Part shown: positions 41,788 through 51,982 of the stretch, piece by piece
Layout of the letters: every line of letters begins with the position of its first letter
How positions within the stretch are numbered: position 1 is the first letter of the stretch
Assembly (NCBI GenBank): GCA_027623205.1
Contig: JAQBYC010000001.1
Location: 121 to 64,120, forward strand
Direction: 5' to 3'
DNA length: 64,000 nt
Source: Pseudomonadota bacterium
GTDB lineage: Bacteria > Pseudomonadota > Alphaproteobacteria > GCA-2731375
Notes under the pieces: model-generated
Database searches by the model: none
Told to the model about the DNA's origin: nothing
What the model saw: the letters and a program-made list of their open reading frames with translations, nothing else
Translations under genes and position numbers: made by a program

Positions 41788-41891
41788 AAAAAGGTTCTCC
41801 TGTGCTCGCTATAGGTTACGGCGGTGAATTCCACCATGACCGGATAGCTAGCCCTCGAACGTTGCTCTTTTATGACAACTGTATTGCAGTT

Positions 41892-42965
41892 TTATGACAG
41901 TCGCGGAGGCGCGACGGTTCGTTCCTCGAGCGGCAAAAAGACAGTGAACCTGTTGCCGCGGCCCGCGCTGCTTTCAATGCTCAAACGGCCGCGATGGTGA
42001 TTGACGATATGCTTGACGATGGCCAGCCCCAGGCCCGTACCGCCCATGTCGCGCGAGCGCCCCTTGTCAATGCGGTAGAAACGCTCGGTCAGCCTCGGCA
42101 AGTGTTCGGGCGCGATCACCTCGCCCTGATTTGTCACCGCGATGGCCATGCCCGGGCCGCCAACATCGGGCATTCGGGATAGCGTTTTCGCCTCGAGCGC
42201 AACCGGCGCATTCCCGGATCCGTACTTAACAGCATTGGCCAGGAGATTGTGGAAGACCTCGAACAACTCGTCCCTGTCACCCGGTACGGGGGGGAGGTCC
42301 AGACCAAGATCCGTAGTGATATCCATGCCTCTCTCCGCCGCCCGCGCGGCGACGGATTTCATGACCTCGGCTAAAAGTTCTGAAATATCGACAGCGCCAG
42401 TCGGTGGAATATGTTCGCCCGCCTCTACCCGGGAGAGCGAAAGGAGATCATCCACCAATCGGGCCATGCGCTTCGCCTCGCCGTCCATGATGTCAAGGAA
42501 GCGCTCCCGTGCTTGCGTATCGTCGCGCGCGGGTCCCTTGAGCGTCTCGATGAACCCTACCAGGGACGAAAGCGGCGAGCGCAACTCGTGGCTCACGTTG
42601 GCGACAAAGTTGGCCCGCATCCGCTCCACTTCGCGCGCCGCCGTCACGTCATGCAAAAGACAGAGTGCCCGCGCGCCGTCGCTGACGCCTGAGGGCAGAG
42701 AGGCCACGTGCATCTCGAACGTCTGCTGGACCGGCACCGCCTGCTCAATGACTGCTCCCGCCACCGGCGCCCCGGCAAGGACCGCGCCTACCGCATCGAG
42801 CACCTCCGGATGGCGCAACGACATCGCCAGATCACTGCCCGTGACAAGCCCACCGAACAAGTCGCGCGCCAAGCTGTTCGCGGCCATGACCCGCCGCCTG
42901 CCATCAATCAGGACGGCGGGGTCTCTCAAGGCTTCCAGCAAGGCGCTTGTGTTCTCATCCGTCAT
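41892..42965 (-). CDS. phoR: Phosphate regulon sensor histidine kinase PhoR (PAS-HisKA-HATPase; no N-terminal TM region)
   Basis: H-box NVSHELRSPL, N/G1/G2 ATPase boxes (HNLLANAVKY, GTGLGLAIVK); begins directly with a PAS-like domain. Confidence 0.8.
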   Translation of the reverse strand: MTDENTSALLEALRDPAVLIDGRRRVMAANSLARDLFGGLVTGSDLAMSLRHPEVLDAVGAVLAGAPVAGAVIEQAVPVQQTFEMHVASLPSGVSDGARALCLLHDVTAAREVERMRANFVANVSHELRSPLSSLVGFIETLKGPARDDTQARERFLDIMDGEAKRMARLVDDLLSLSRVEAGEHIPPTGAVDISELLAEVMKSVAARAAERGMDITTDLGLDLPPVPGDRDELFEVFHNLLANAVKYGSGNAPVALEAKTLSRMPDVGGPGMAIAVTNQGEVIAPEHLPRLTERFYRIDKGRSRDMGGTGLGLAIVKHIVNHHRGRLSIESSAGRGNRFTVFLPLEERTVAPPRLS

Positions 42966-43056
42966 CGCAGGGCCTGCTCAAATTTTTTGCCGCCGTCAGG
43001 GTGCCCGGCAGGGCGGCAGCGGTCAATATTACAATAGTCGTTCGGGGCGGCCTGTT

Positions 43057-43113
43057 GCGACTTAGGTAATTGGTTCAAGTTCTCTATTCTGCAGATTCTG
43101 AGTACATTCCATG
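43057..43113 (+). repeat. Dispersed MITE/REP-like element, copy F (right-half fragment)
   Basis: GCGACTTAGGTAATTGGTTCAAGTTCTCTATTCTGCAGATTCTGAGTACATTCC, 92 bp upstream of the phoR start. Confidence 0.75.
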
Positions 43114-43154
43114 GACGCCGAAACAGGACTAATACGCCTTGAAATCACAGATGT

Positions 43155-43215
43155 CGGGACATTTTTACGTTAAGTGGTCCGACTTCAATTGTGTCTTCAG
43201 TGTCGCATGTCGGGA
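43155..43215 (+). repeat. Second short repeat family, copy 2
   Basis: Contains the identical 44-mer AAGTGGTCCGACTTCAATTGTGTCTTCAGTGTCGCATGTCGGGA; the 9-mer ATGTCGGGA also occurs immediately upstream (43151-43159). Confidence 0.8.
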
Positions 43216-43323
43216 TGTGACCGCTCTGCGAGATGGGTAACAGTTTTTGGTCTACGATAACTTTTACCTCCAGCGCCATTATCTCGGCAGAACAACGTTC
43301 AAGCGACATCTTTTGGGGGCTTC

Positions 43324-44286
43324 CTATTGACCGGGCACTGCTGAATTATAGCTGGTGTGATGGCCTGTGATTTGGGGGGCGGCAGCGGCCCTTTCGCGGT
43401 CCGCCGCGACTTCCGCCAGAACCCAGTCGCGAAAGACCCGGACTTTAGGGTGTTGCAGGGCGCGGGCTGGATGGACCAGATAGTAGGCGAATTCCGCCGG
43501 CAGCTCCAACTCGAAGGGCCGCACCAGGCGCCCCTCGGCCAGGTGATTGCCCAACAAGGCGCTGCGGGCCAGGGCAACGCCCTGGCCGTCCACGGCCGCG
43601 TTGATGACCAGGGCGGACAAATTGTAGCCCGGTCCCCGATCGGGATCGACATCTTCGACGCCGGCCGCCAGCAACCAACGCCGCCAGCTTTCCCGCATAT
43701 CGTCATGCAGCAGGGTGTGATAGCGCAGATCCTCGGGGCGCAGCAGCGGGTGGGCGCCGTGCAACAGGGCCGGGCTGCAGACCGGAAAAACTTCCTCGGT
43801 CATCAAGGGCAGCACCTCCAGGCCCGGCCAATGGCCGTTGCCGTAACGAATTGCCAGATCCACATCGTCGCGGGCAAAATCCACGACTTCGTCGCTGGCC
43901 GCCACCCGCACATCGATGTCGGAATGCAGGGCGCGAAAGCGGCCCAGGCGCGGTACCAGCCAGGCAGACGCGAACGAGGCCAGGGTTGTAACCGTCAAAA
44001 TGCCGCTATCCTGGCGTTTGGTCAGGCGGTCCGTGGCCGCCTCCATCAGATCCAGCCCCTCGCGCACCGCCGCTGAATAGTTCTGGCCATTCTCCGTCAG
44101 CACGATGGCCCGGCCCCGGCGGCGAAACAGCGCCAGGCCCAGCCATTCTTCCAGGGCCTTGACCTGGTGGCTTATGGCGGCCTGGGTGACGTGCAGTTCC
44201 TGGCCGGCGCGGGTGAAGCTCAATTGCCGGGCCGCCGCTTCGAACGCACGCAGGGCATTGAGGGGAGGAAGCTTTCGATCCGCCAT
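43324..44286 (-). CDS. LysR-family transcriptional regulator (GcvA-like)
   Basis: N-terminal HTH LNALRAFEAAARQLSFTRAGQELHVTQAAISHQVKALE; LysR substrate-binding domain; 320 aa. Confidence 0.85.
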   Translation of the reverse strand: MADRKLPPLNALRAFEAAARQLSFTRAGQELHVTQAAISHQVKALEEWLGLALFRRRGRAIVLTENGQNYSAAVREGLDLMEAATDRLTKRQDSGILTVTTLASFASAWLVPRLGRFRALHSDIDVRVAASDEVVDFARDDVDLAIRYGNGHWPGLEVLPLMTEEVFPVCSPALLHGAHPLLRPEDLRYHTLLHDDMRESWRRWLLAAGVEDVDPDRGPGYNLSALVINAAVDGQGVALARSALLGNHLAEGRLVRPFELELPAEFAYYLVHPARALQHPKVRVFRDWVLAEVAADRERAAAAPQITGHHTSYNSAVPGQ

Positions 44287-44425
44287 TCAGAATCCAGTCT
44301 TAATTTCTCATTAATTCATTATTTATTCTAATGATATATATGAGAAACGATCGTTTGTCGCAAAAATTTTTTATCCCTATATACTTGAACATAGGGCGAT
44401 CAGAAACCAGGAAAGGAGAGTTGCC

Positions 44426-44641
44426 ATGTTGCGGACTTCCACATTTGCGATTAGAGAAATTGATCTTGGCCAGGCGTTGATGCAGGCCGTGATTAAGGTT
44501 GCGGCGACGCTCTATCATTGGCAGGCTCGTGCCGAGCAACGCTATCGCCTGGCGGAATTTGATCAGCGCGCCTTGCAGGACATCGGCGTTTCGCGGAATC
44601 AGGCCCTGACAGAAGCCCGCAAGCCATTCTGGTGGAATTAA
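44426..44641 (+). CDS. DUF1127 domain small protein
   Basis: 71 aa ending in the DUF1127-like motif LAEFDQRALQDIGVSRNQALTEARKPFW; divergent from the LysR gene across an AT-rich 139-bp promoter region; GGAAAGGAG precedes the ATG. Confidence 0.65.
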   Translation: MLRTSTFAIREIDLGQALMQAVIKVAATLYHWQARAEQRYRLAEFDQRALQDIGVSRNQALTEARKPFWWN

Positions 44642-44998
44642 GCGCTTCCCCATAGCCGCCGGATCTCCCGGCCTATAACGGACTTGCATAACCAAGCTGC
44701 GTCGATCGCGGGTTCGCGTCGGCGCGGCTTGCTGTTGCCGCCGTCCACGGCCGCGCGACCGCCCGGCAGGCTTTGATCAAATGGCAAGGCCGGGCGACTG
44801 ATCAGCGGAAATCCAAAAGTCCAGTCTTCAGGTTCCACAAGCACTCCAAAATATTTTGGTGCGCTTGCCACATAAGTCCGGACCAATGGGTGGTCGGGAG
44901 CGGGTGGGTAAGTCAACCTCGAAAATGCTCTAGAATAGTGTGCGGGTTGCCTGGTCCCTGCCGGCAGGGACCGGGGCATTATGCGATTGCGACAACCC

Positions 44999-45907
44999 TC
45001 AAACGCTGTCTTTCTGGTCGAACAGTTTCAGGATCGCAATGCCGTCCAGGTCGCCGTGGCCCTTGCTGTTCAGGATACGGTACAGGCTGGCGGTTTGGCT
45101 GGACATGGGCGTGGGAACGCCCAGCGCCTTGGCCAGGTCGTGGAGCATGTCCAGATCTTTCAGAACCTGCCGGGCGAAGCCGGCGGGGGCGAAGTCGCGG
45201 GCCAGCATGCGCGGATACATGGATTGCAGCATATTGCTGCCCGCATGACCGGCGGCCAGGGCCTGGGGGATCTTGGCGGCATCGATGCCGCCCGCCTCCG
45301 CCAGGGCCAAGGCCTCGGCCAGAATAGCGTAATTGTTCAGCACCAGAATTTGATTGATCATCTTGGTGACCTGGCCGGCGCCGACCGGGCCCATGTGGGT
45401 GAACCGCGCCGCCAGATCGGCCATTACCGGTGCGGCGCGGGCGATATCAACCTCGGTGCCGCCGGCCATGATGGCCAGCCCACCGGCGCCGGCCGCCGGC
45501 GGGCCGCCCGACACCGGGGCATCGATCCAGCCCATGCCGGTCTGCCGTGATAACGCCGCCGCCATCTCCCTGGTCGCCTGGACCACGGTGGTGGAATGAT
45601 CCACCAGTATTTTGTCACCGCTGCCGGTCTCCGCCAGGCTGGCGCCTTCCACCACGCCCTTGGGGCCGAACACGGCCTGATGCACCGCGTCCGTGGAGGT
45701 TACGCACAGCAACACCATATCGGCGCGACTGGTCAGGTCGGCGGCCGAACTGGCCGGGACAACGCCATGGGCGGCGGCGGCGGTGATTTTCTCCGCCACC
45801 AGATCATGGCCGATTACCGTATAGCCAAGGCTGCAGAGGCGCCGGGTGAAGGGATGCCCCATGAGCCCGAGGCCGATGAAACCGATGACGGGTTTATTTT
45901 TGTTCAT
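44999..45907 (-). CDS. NAD(P)-dependent 3-hydroxyisobutyrate dehydrogenase family oxidoreductase
   Basis: IGFIGLGLMGHP Rossmann motif and HIBADH/6-PGDH-like fold; 302 aa. Confidence 0.8.
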   Translation of the reverse strand: MNKNKPVIGFIGLGLMGHPFTRRLCSLGYTVIGHDLVAEKITAAAAHGVVPASSAADLTSRADMVLLCVTSTDAVHQAVFGPKGVVEGASLAETGSGDKILVDHSTTVVQATREMAAALSRQTGMGWIDAPVSGGPPAAGAGGLAIMAGGTEVDIARAAPVMADLAARFTHMGPVGAGQVTKMINQILVLNNYAILAEALALAEAGGIDAAKIPQALAAGHAGSNMLQSMYPRMLARDFAPAGFARQVLKDLDMLHDLAKALGVPTPMSSQTASLYRILNSKGHGDLDGIAILKLFDQKDSV

Positions 45908-46536
45908 GGCAACAAGTCCAATGCGGTCAATTGCCGTCGCAACGCCGCGGCGTCCGTGAACTGAATACCGTGAAAGCCCAAGGCGCTGGCGCTCTCCACA
46001 TTGGCGGCAAGATCATCGACAAAGACCGCGCGTTCCGGCGCCAGCTTATAACGGTCACAGGCCACGTGAAAGATTTTCGGGTCGGGCTTCGCCACCCCTT
46101 CCAGGCCGGAGATTACCAGTCCATCGAACCAGTCCAGAAAGGCAAAGCGTTCCGTGGCGTGGTGCCAGGTTTCCGAGGACCAGTTGGAAATTACGTACAG
46201 GGACATGCCCGCGGCCTTCAGCTCCGAGACGACCGCCAGGCTATCTTCCAGACTACCGTTCAGAGTTTCATCCCAGCGATGCCAATACGCCGCGATCAAA
46301 TCGGCATGCTGGGGCAGACGGGCGGATAGTTCGGCGACGCCGCGCTGAAACGATTTGTCCGCGTCCACGCCGCGCAGCCAATTGTATAGATCGATCTCGT
46401 CCAGAAAGCGGGCAATCGCGTCGTCGCTGTCAAACAGCTTGCGGTACAGATGATAGGGGCTCCAATCGATCAACACGCCGCCCAGGTCGAAAACGACGGT
46501 GTCAATGGCCCCAACATGTGCGCGCGCCACCATCAC
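45904..46536 (-). CDS. HAD-superfamily hydrolase
   Basis: Motif I DTVVFDLGGVL and motif III/IV (K...DD) pattern; 210 aa; 4-bp overlaps on both sides. Confidence 0.7.
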   Translation of the reverse strand: MMVARAHVGAIDTVVFDLGGVLIDWSPYHLYRKLFDSDDAIARFLDEIDLYNWLRGVDADKSFQRGVAELSARLPQHADLIAAYWHRWDETLNGSLEDSLAVVSELKAAGMSLYVISNWSSETWHHATERFAFLDWFDGLVISGLEGVAKPDPKIFHVACDRYKLAPERAVFVDDLAANVESASALGFHGIQFTDAAALRRQLTALDLLP

Positions 46537-47081
46537 TTCGCGGCTTTGACCAGCCGGCCCCTGGCGCTGCGCACCTTCTCCCCATCGACGTTGCGGGTGA
46601 ACTCCAACGTCATGCCCAGGCCCGAGAGCTCCCGGCGGTAGCTTTGGGTCTCATGCCGGCCGTCGGCATAGATTTGCAGACTGACGATATGCAAGGTGCG
46701 GTCCTTGACATAGGCCCAGGCGAAGGGGGCCGTCTGCTCCAGGGGATCGCGGTTTCCGGTGGCGCGCCAGACGCCGGGGCGGACGGGTGTAAATCCCATC
46801 TTGGTGGTCTTCAGTTTTTCCTTGGGATTGTTGGGATCGCCCTTTTGCCGTTGCACCGTATTCCAGACAATCGAGAAACCGCCGCCGGCGTCGCTACGAA
46901 CGGTGACGTCGATATCCCGGCTGGTCAGTTGGAAATTGACGCTGATATCGCTTTCTGAAATGGCACTGCCCCGCCACACGCCCTCAAAGGCGGCGATCTC
47001 CAGATCCGCGGCATTGACCGCATTCCCGGGCCAGAGCAGCAATAACAAGGATAGGCGCAAAAGGGCGCGGGGCATTAGCAA
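46533..47081 (-). CDS. Secreted hypothetical protein
   Basis: Signal peptide MLMPRALLRLSLLLLLWPGNAVNA; no recognisable domain; translationally coupled within the trmL-HAD-HIBADH operon. Confidence 0.5.
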   Translation of the reverse strand: MLMPRALLRLSLLLLLWPGNAVNAADLEIAAFEGVWRGSAISESDISVNFQLTSRDIDVTVRSDAGGGFSIVWNTVQRQKGDPNNPKEKLKTTKMGFTPVRPGVWRATGNRDPLEQTAPFAWAYVKDRTLHIVSLQIYADGRHETQSYRRELSGLGMTLEFTRNVDGEKVRSARGRLVKAAK

Positions 47082-47554
47082 TTCTCCGATTTATTGACCG
47101 CGTGTGCTGTAACAAAGCCGTCTGTCTGACGCAAGGCCTCGCCCAAAATCATCGCGCCGGCGATGGCGATATTCAACGACCGCGCGCTCGCCTGCATGGG
47201 AATGCGCAGGCGCGCATCGGCCCGGTCGTGGACCGCCGCAGGTACACCCGCCTGTTCCTGCCCCAGCAGGATGACGTCATTGGACCGGAAGGCGAATGTG
47301 GCGTAGGGCGTGGCGCTTTTCGTGGTTGCCAGGATCAACCGGCCGGTCGCGGTGGGCAGGAAGTCCGCCCAGGAATGGTGCCGTTGCAGCGCCGCGGCCG
47401 CTGCATAGTCCATGGCGGCGCGGCGCAGTTGTTTATCCGTGAAGGTGAACCCGCAGGGCTCGATAATATCCAGCGGCACGCCCAGGCAGGCGCACAGGCG
47501 GATCAAGGTGCCGGTGTTTTGTGGAATATCGGGTTGGTAGAGAGCCAGGCGCAT
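47075..47554 (-). CDS. trmL: tRNA (cytidine/uridine-2'-O)-methyltransferase TrmL (SpoU family)
   Basis: Start MRLALYQPDIPQNTGTLIRLCA matches the TrmL N-terminus; SPOUT fold; the ORF's upstream extension was rejected. Confidence 0.8.
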   Translation of the reverse strand: MRLALYQPDIPQNTGTLIRLCACLGVPLDIIEPCGFTFTDKQLRRAAMDYAAAAALQRHHSWADFLPTATGRLILATTKSATPYATFAFRSNDVILLGQEQAGVPAAVHDRADARLRIPMQASARSLNIAIAGAMILGEALRQTDGFVTAHAVNKSENC

Positions 47555-47722
47555 GCGGTACCATGGCTGATTCGCCGCCATCTGGCCAGTCCCCAGAGCG
47601 GGAATGCACGTCCGGAAACCGGTGCGGCGGTGCAGGCGGTACATGGCTGGACAAATGCGCGGCGGCATGACAAATAAGAACCTGTCAATCTCCCGATGAT
47701 TTCAGAATAAGGTGATCGAGCA

Positions 47723-48250
47723 ATGACGGATAGCACGGGCGGGGACGGACACGACCCCAGCCGCCGGGACTTCCTGTATGTGGCCGCGGGCGGCCTTGGC
47801 GCCGTTGGCGCGGCCGGCTTTGTCTGGCCGCTGGTCGTTCAGATGAACCCTTCACGGGACGTTCTGGCCCTGTCTTCGATCGAGGTTGATCTATCCGGTA
47901 TAGAGCTGGGGCAGTCCATCACCGTCAGCTGGCGCGGCAAGCCGGTCTTCATCCGCCACCGTACCGAGGCCGAAATTGAGGTAGCCAGGGCCGTTCCCAT
48001 GGACGATCTGCCCGATCCCGAGAGCGACGAGGCGCGGGCGCAAAAGCCGGAATGGCTGATCATGGTCGGCGTCTGCACCCATCTGGGCTGTGTGCCCCTG
48101 GGTCAGCAGGGCGAATACAACGGCTGGTTCTGCCCCTGTCACGGTTCCCACTATGATACCTCGGGGCGTATCCGCAAGGGACCCGCGCCGCTTAATCTTG
48201 CGGTGCCGAAATATGTCTACCTGGACGACAACAACGTCAAGATCGGCTAG
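47723..48250 (+). CDS. petA: Ubiquinol-cytochrome c reductase Rieske iron-sulfur subunit
   Basis: Tat-like N-terminus RRDFL; Rieske boxes CTHLGC and CPCHGS. Confidence 0.9.
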   Translation: MTDSTGGDGHDPSRRDFLYVAAGGLGAVGAAGFVWPLVVQMNPSRDVLALSSIEVDLSGIELGQSITVSWRGKPVFIRHRTEAEIEVARAVPMDDLPDPESDEARAQKPEWLIMVGVCTHLGCVPLGQQGEYNGWFCPCHGSHYDTSGRIRKGPAPLNLAVPKYVYLDDNNVKIG

Positions 48251-48259
48251 GGGGCGGAT

Positions 48260-49531
48260 ATGTCGGGTCACTCAAGTTTTCAATCGAACAACGCCATCGT
48301 CAAATGGATTGAATATCGGCTGCCGATCTTCAGTTTCGTAAACGAAGCGCTGGTGGTCTATCCCACGCCAAAGAATCTGAACTACTGGTGGAACATGGGG
48401 TCCTTGGCCGGGGTGATGCTGGTGGTGCAAATTATCACGGGCGTCGTCTTGGGCATGCATTATACACCGCACGCGGATCTGGCCTTCGACAGCACCGAAC
48501 ACATCATGCGCGACGTGAACTATGGCTGGTTGCTGCGCTATATGCATGCCAATGGCGGCTCGATGTTTTTTGCCGTGGTTTATATCCATATCTTTCGCGG
48601 CATGTATTACGGCTCATACAAGGCGCCGCGGGAGCTTTTGTGGTGGTTGGGCATCATCATATTCATTTTGATGATGGCCACGGCATTCATGGGCTATGTG
48701 TTGCCCTGGGGGCAGATGAGTTTTTGGGGCGCGACGGTGATCACCAACCTGTTTTCCGCCGTGCCGATATTGGGCGAGACAATCGTCGCATGGCTATGGG
48801 GCGGGTATTCCGTTGATCAACCCACCTTGAACCGGTTTTTCAGCCTGCACTACCTGCTGCCCTTCGTGATCTTTGCCGTGGTATTTCTCCATCTCTGGGC
48901 CTTGCACGTTCACAAGTCGAACAATCCCCTGGGCATCGATATCAAGGGGCCGCAGGACACCATCCCCTTTCACCCGTACTACACGGTCAAGGATCTGTAC
49001 GGCATGGGGGTCTTTGCCATCATCTTTGCCTGGCTGCTATTCTTCGCCCCCAACCTACTGGGTGAGCCGGATAATTACATCCCGGCCGATCCCCTGGTAA
49101 CGCCAACGCACATCGTGCCGGAATGGTATTTCCTGCCGTTCTACGCCATTTTGCGGGCCATCCCGGACAAGCTGTTTGGCGTCATCGCGATGTTCGCGTC
49201 GCTGTTCATCTTGTTTGTTTTGCCCTGGCTGGATACCTCCAAGGTCCGCTCGGCGCGCTTCCGCCCGGTGTATAAAATGCTGTTCTGGGCCTTTTTTGTC
49301 GATTGCCTGGTGCTCGGTTATATCGGCGGCCAACCGGCGGAGGGGATTTTCATCGTTATCGGACGCCTGGGCACCGCGCTCTACTTTCTGTTCTTCCTGT
49401 CTCTGCCCTTTATCGGCTGGTTTGAACGGCCCAGGAAGCTGCCGGCATCCATTTCCACCGCGGTGCTGGAGAGCCACGGCGGCGGCGGCACGCCCGATGG
49501 GGCCGCGGCCAAGGCGGAGGATCGTGGCTGA
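48260..49531 (+). CDS. petB: Cytochrome b
   Basis: 423 aa with the cytochrome b haem-ligand His pattern and PEWY motif. Confidence 0.9.
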   Translation: MSGHSSFQSNNAIVKWIEYRLPIFSFVNEALVVYPTPKNLNYWWNMGSLAGVMLVVQIITGVVLGMHYTPHADLAFDSTEHIMRDVNYGWLLRYMHANGGSMFFAVVYIHIFRGMYYGSYKAPRELLWWLGIIIFILMMATAFMGYVLPWGQMSFWGATVITNLFSAVPILGETIVAWLWGGYSVDQPTLNRFFSLHYLLPFVIFAVVFLHLWALHVHKSNNPLGIDIKGPQDTIPFHPYYTVKDLYGMGVFAIIFAWLLFFAPNLLGEPDNYIPADPLVTPTHIVPEWYFLPFYAILRAIPDKLFGVIAMFASLFILFVLPWLDTSKVRSARFRPVYKMLFWAFFVDCLVLGYIGGQPAEGIFIVIGRLGTALYFLFFLSLPFIGWFERPRKLPASISTAVLESHGGGGTPDGAAAKAEDRG

Positions 49532-50298
49532 TGCTTAGATCTGTCCTTATCGCGGCGCTTGCCGCCCTGTTTGTTTCGTCGGTTTCGGCCGGCGCCCTGG
49601 CGTCAAGCAACGCGGAACATCCAAAGGAACTCAAGTGGAGCCACGGCGGTCCCTTCGGCACCTTTGATCGGGCCTCGGTACAGCGCGGCTTGCATGTCTA
49701 CCGCGAAACCTGCAGCGGCTGTCACGGCCTGAAGTACATCGCTTTTCGCAATCTGCTGGAAATCGGTTTGAGCGAGGATCAGGCAAAGATCATCGCGGCC
49801 GAATATACCGTGAAGGATGGCCCCAACGACGAAGGCGAAATGTTCGAGCGCCCGGGCAAGCTGTTTGACTACATGCCCGCGCCCTTTGCCAATGATAAGG
49901 CAGCCCGCGCCTCGAACAACGGCGCCTTGCCGCCCGATCTGTCGCTTATCGTCAAGGCACGGAAAGGCGGAGAGAACTATATCTATTCCATCCTGACCGG
50001 CTATATGGAGCCGCCCGCTGACGTGACATTGGCCGAGGGGATGGCCTACAACCCCTATTTTCCCAACCATCAGATCGCCATGGCCCCGCCCATTGACGAC
50101 CAAACGGTGGAATATGTGGACGGCACGGAGAATTCCAAGGAACAGATCGCGCGCGACGTGGTCAGCTTCCTGGCCTGGACGGCAGAGCCGACGCTGGAAG
50201 CACGCAAACGTCTAGGCGTCAAAGTGATGCTCTATCTATTCGTCCTGACCCTGGTGCTGTACGGTGTCAAGCGCAAGGTCTGGGCGAAAATGCACTGA
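49531..50298 (+). CDS. petC: Cytochrome c1
   Basis: Signal peptide, CSGCH haem-binding motif and a C-terminal membrane anchor. Confidence 0.9.
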   Translation: MLRSVLIAALAALFVSSVSAGALASSNAEHPKELKWSHGGPFGTFDRASVQRGLHVYRETCSGCHGLKYIAFRNLLEIGLSEDQAKIIAAEYTVKDGPNDEGEMFERPGKLFDYMPAPFANDKAARASNNGALPPDLSLIVKARKGGENYIYSILTGYMEPPADVTLAEGMAYNPYFPNHQIAMAPPIDDQTVEYVDGTENSKEQIARDVVSFLAWTAEPTLEARKRLGVKVMLYLFVLTLVLYGVKRKVWAKMH

Positions 50299-50393
50299 TC
50301 GCTCAAATTATTTGCTACGGGTTGGGTCGCCATTGGCGGCCCTTTCCTTTTGCGGCTATGTTGCGCCGTGGAATTCATAACGGAGGATGGTTG

Positions 50394-51296
50394 ATGAGCG
50401 AGACCCACCCCGCACCGGTATTGGGCGTGATTGGCGGCAGCGGGCTGTATGAAATGGATGGCTTGAGCGATACCCGCTGGCGGTCCATCGAAAGCCCCTG
50501 GGGCGAGCCATCGGACGAATTGTTGTTCGGCAGTCTGGATGGCGTGCAAATGGTCTTTCTGCCCCGCCATGGCCGGGGTCACGTGCAATCGCCGTCATCG
50601 ATCAATTACCGCGCCAATATCGACGCCATGAAGCGTGCCGGGGTGACCGACATTGTCTCGCTGTCCGCCTGTGGCTCGTTCAAGGAAGAATTGCCGCCGG
50701 GCACTTTTGTCGTCATCGATCAGTTCATCGACCGAACCTTCGCGCGGGAAAAAAGTTTTTTCGGGGCGGGCATGGCGGCCCATGTCTCCATGGCCCACCC
50801 GGTCAATGCCCGGATCGGAGACTGGTGTGAACAGGCCGCCCGCGAAATCGGCATCCCCGTGCATCGCGGCGGCACTTATCTATGCATGGAAGGGCCGCAG
50901 TTTTCCTCGCTTGCGGAAAGCAACCTGTATCGTCAATGGGGCTGCCATGTAATCGGCATGACCAATATGCCCGAGGCGAAATTGGCCCGCGAGGCTGAAA
51001 TTCCCTATGCCACGGTGGCCATGGTCACGGATTTTGATTGCTGGCATCCGGACCACGACGCGGTGCAGGTCGATGATATTATACGGGTCCTGATGGACAA
51101 CGCCGATCATGCCCGTGCCCTGGTCAAGTTGGTGGCGCCACGGATGAGGGCCCGCCCCGCGGTCTGTCCCTCCGGTGATGATCAGGCCCTGCAAATGGCA
51201 TTGATCACCAGCCCGGAGAAACGGGATCCCGCCGTGCTGGCCAAATTGGACGCGGTCGCCGGCCGCGTGCTGAACGGCGGAGGGAACCACTCATGA
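50394..51296 (+). CDS. mtnP: S-methyl-5'-thioadenosine phosphorylase
   Basis: ATG at 50394 after GGAGGATGG; PNP/MTAP family blocks ([24 protein letters not shown]). Confidence 0.85.
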   Translation: MSETHPAPVLGVIGGSGLYEMDGLSDTRWRSIESPWGEPSDELLFGSLDGVQMVFLPRHGRGHVQSPSSINYRANIDAMKRAGVTDIVSLSACGSFKEELPPGTFVVIDQFIDRTFAREKSFFGAGMAAHVSMAHPVNARIGDWCEQAAREIGIPVHRGGTYLCMEGPQFSSLAESNLYRQWGCHVIGMTNMPEAKLAREAEIPYATVAMVTDFDCWHPDHDAVQVDDIIRVLMDNADHARALVKLVAPRMRARPAVCPSGDDQALQMALITSPEKRDPAVLAKLDAVAGRVLNGGGNHS

Positions 51297-51820
51297 TACT
51301 CAAGGATCTGGTGCGGACCATCCCCGATTACCCGAAAAAGGGTATCATGTTCCGCGATATCACAACGCTGCTGGAGCATCCCGCCGGCTTTCGCCGCACC
51401 GTGGATGAATTGGTTCAGCCCTTTGCCGGCAACGCCATTACACGGGTTGCCGGAATTGAGGCGCGAGGCTTTATCCTGGGCGGTGCGGTGGCGCATCAGC
51501 TTTCCGTCGGTTTCGTCGCGGTGCGCAAGAAGGGCAAACTGCCGTGGCAGACCATATCCGTCGAGTACGAACTGGAATACGGCACGGACGAAATCGAAAT
51601 TCATATCGACAGCGTGGAGCCGGGCGACAAGATCCTGATTATTGACGACTTGATCGCCACGGGCGGCACCGCCGCCGCCGCCGCGCAACTGGTGCGCGAC
51701 GCCGGCGGCGAGGTGGTCGGCGCCTCGTTCATCGTCGAACTGCCGGATCTGGGCGGCCGTGCCCGGTTGGAAGCCATTGGCGTCGAGGTCCGCAGTCTGA
51801 TGTCGTTCGAGGGTGAATGA
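51293..51820 (+). CDS. apt: Adenine phosphoribosyltransferase
   Basis: PRPP-binding motif [13 protein letters not shown]; 175 aa; ATGA overlap with mtnP. Confidence 0.9.
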   Translation: MILKDLVRTIPDYPKKGIMFRDITTLLEHPAGFRRTVDELVQPFAGNAITRVAGIEARGFILGGAVAHQLSVGFVAVRKKGKLPWQTISVEYELEYGTDEIEIHIDSVEPGDKILIIDDLIATGGTAAAAAQLVRDAGGEVVGASFIVELPDLGGRARLEAIGVEVRSLMSFEGE

Positions 51821-51982
51821 CATGGCTGTTCGGTTTAACCCGCTGACTTCGGTATTTGGCGCCACGCCGGGCGGCTTCGACCACCGTCTGGCCCTGTTTG
51901 GCCAAGCTAATCAGGCTGGGAACGCCCCGGCCACCCTGACCGCCGCGGCTGGCGGCGTCGCGGCCCAGGAAGGCGGGAGAAT

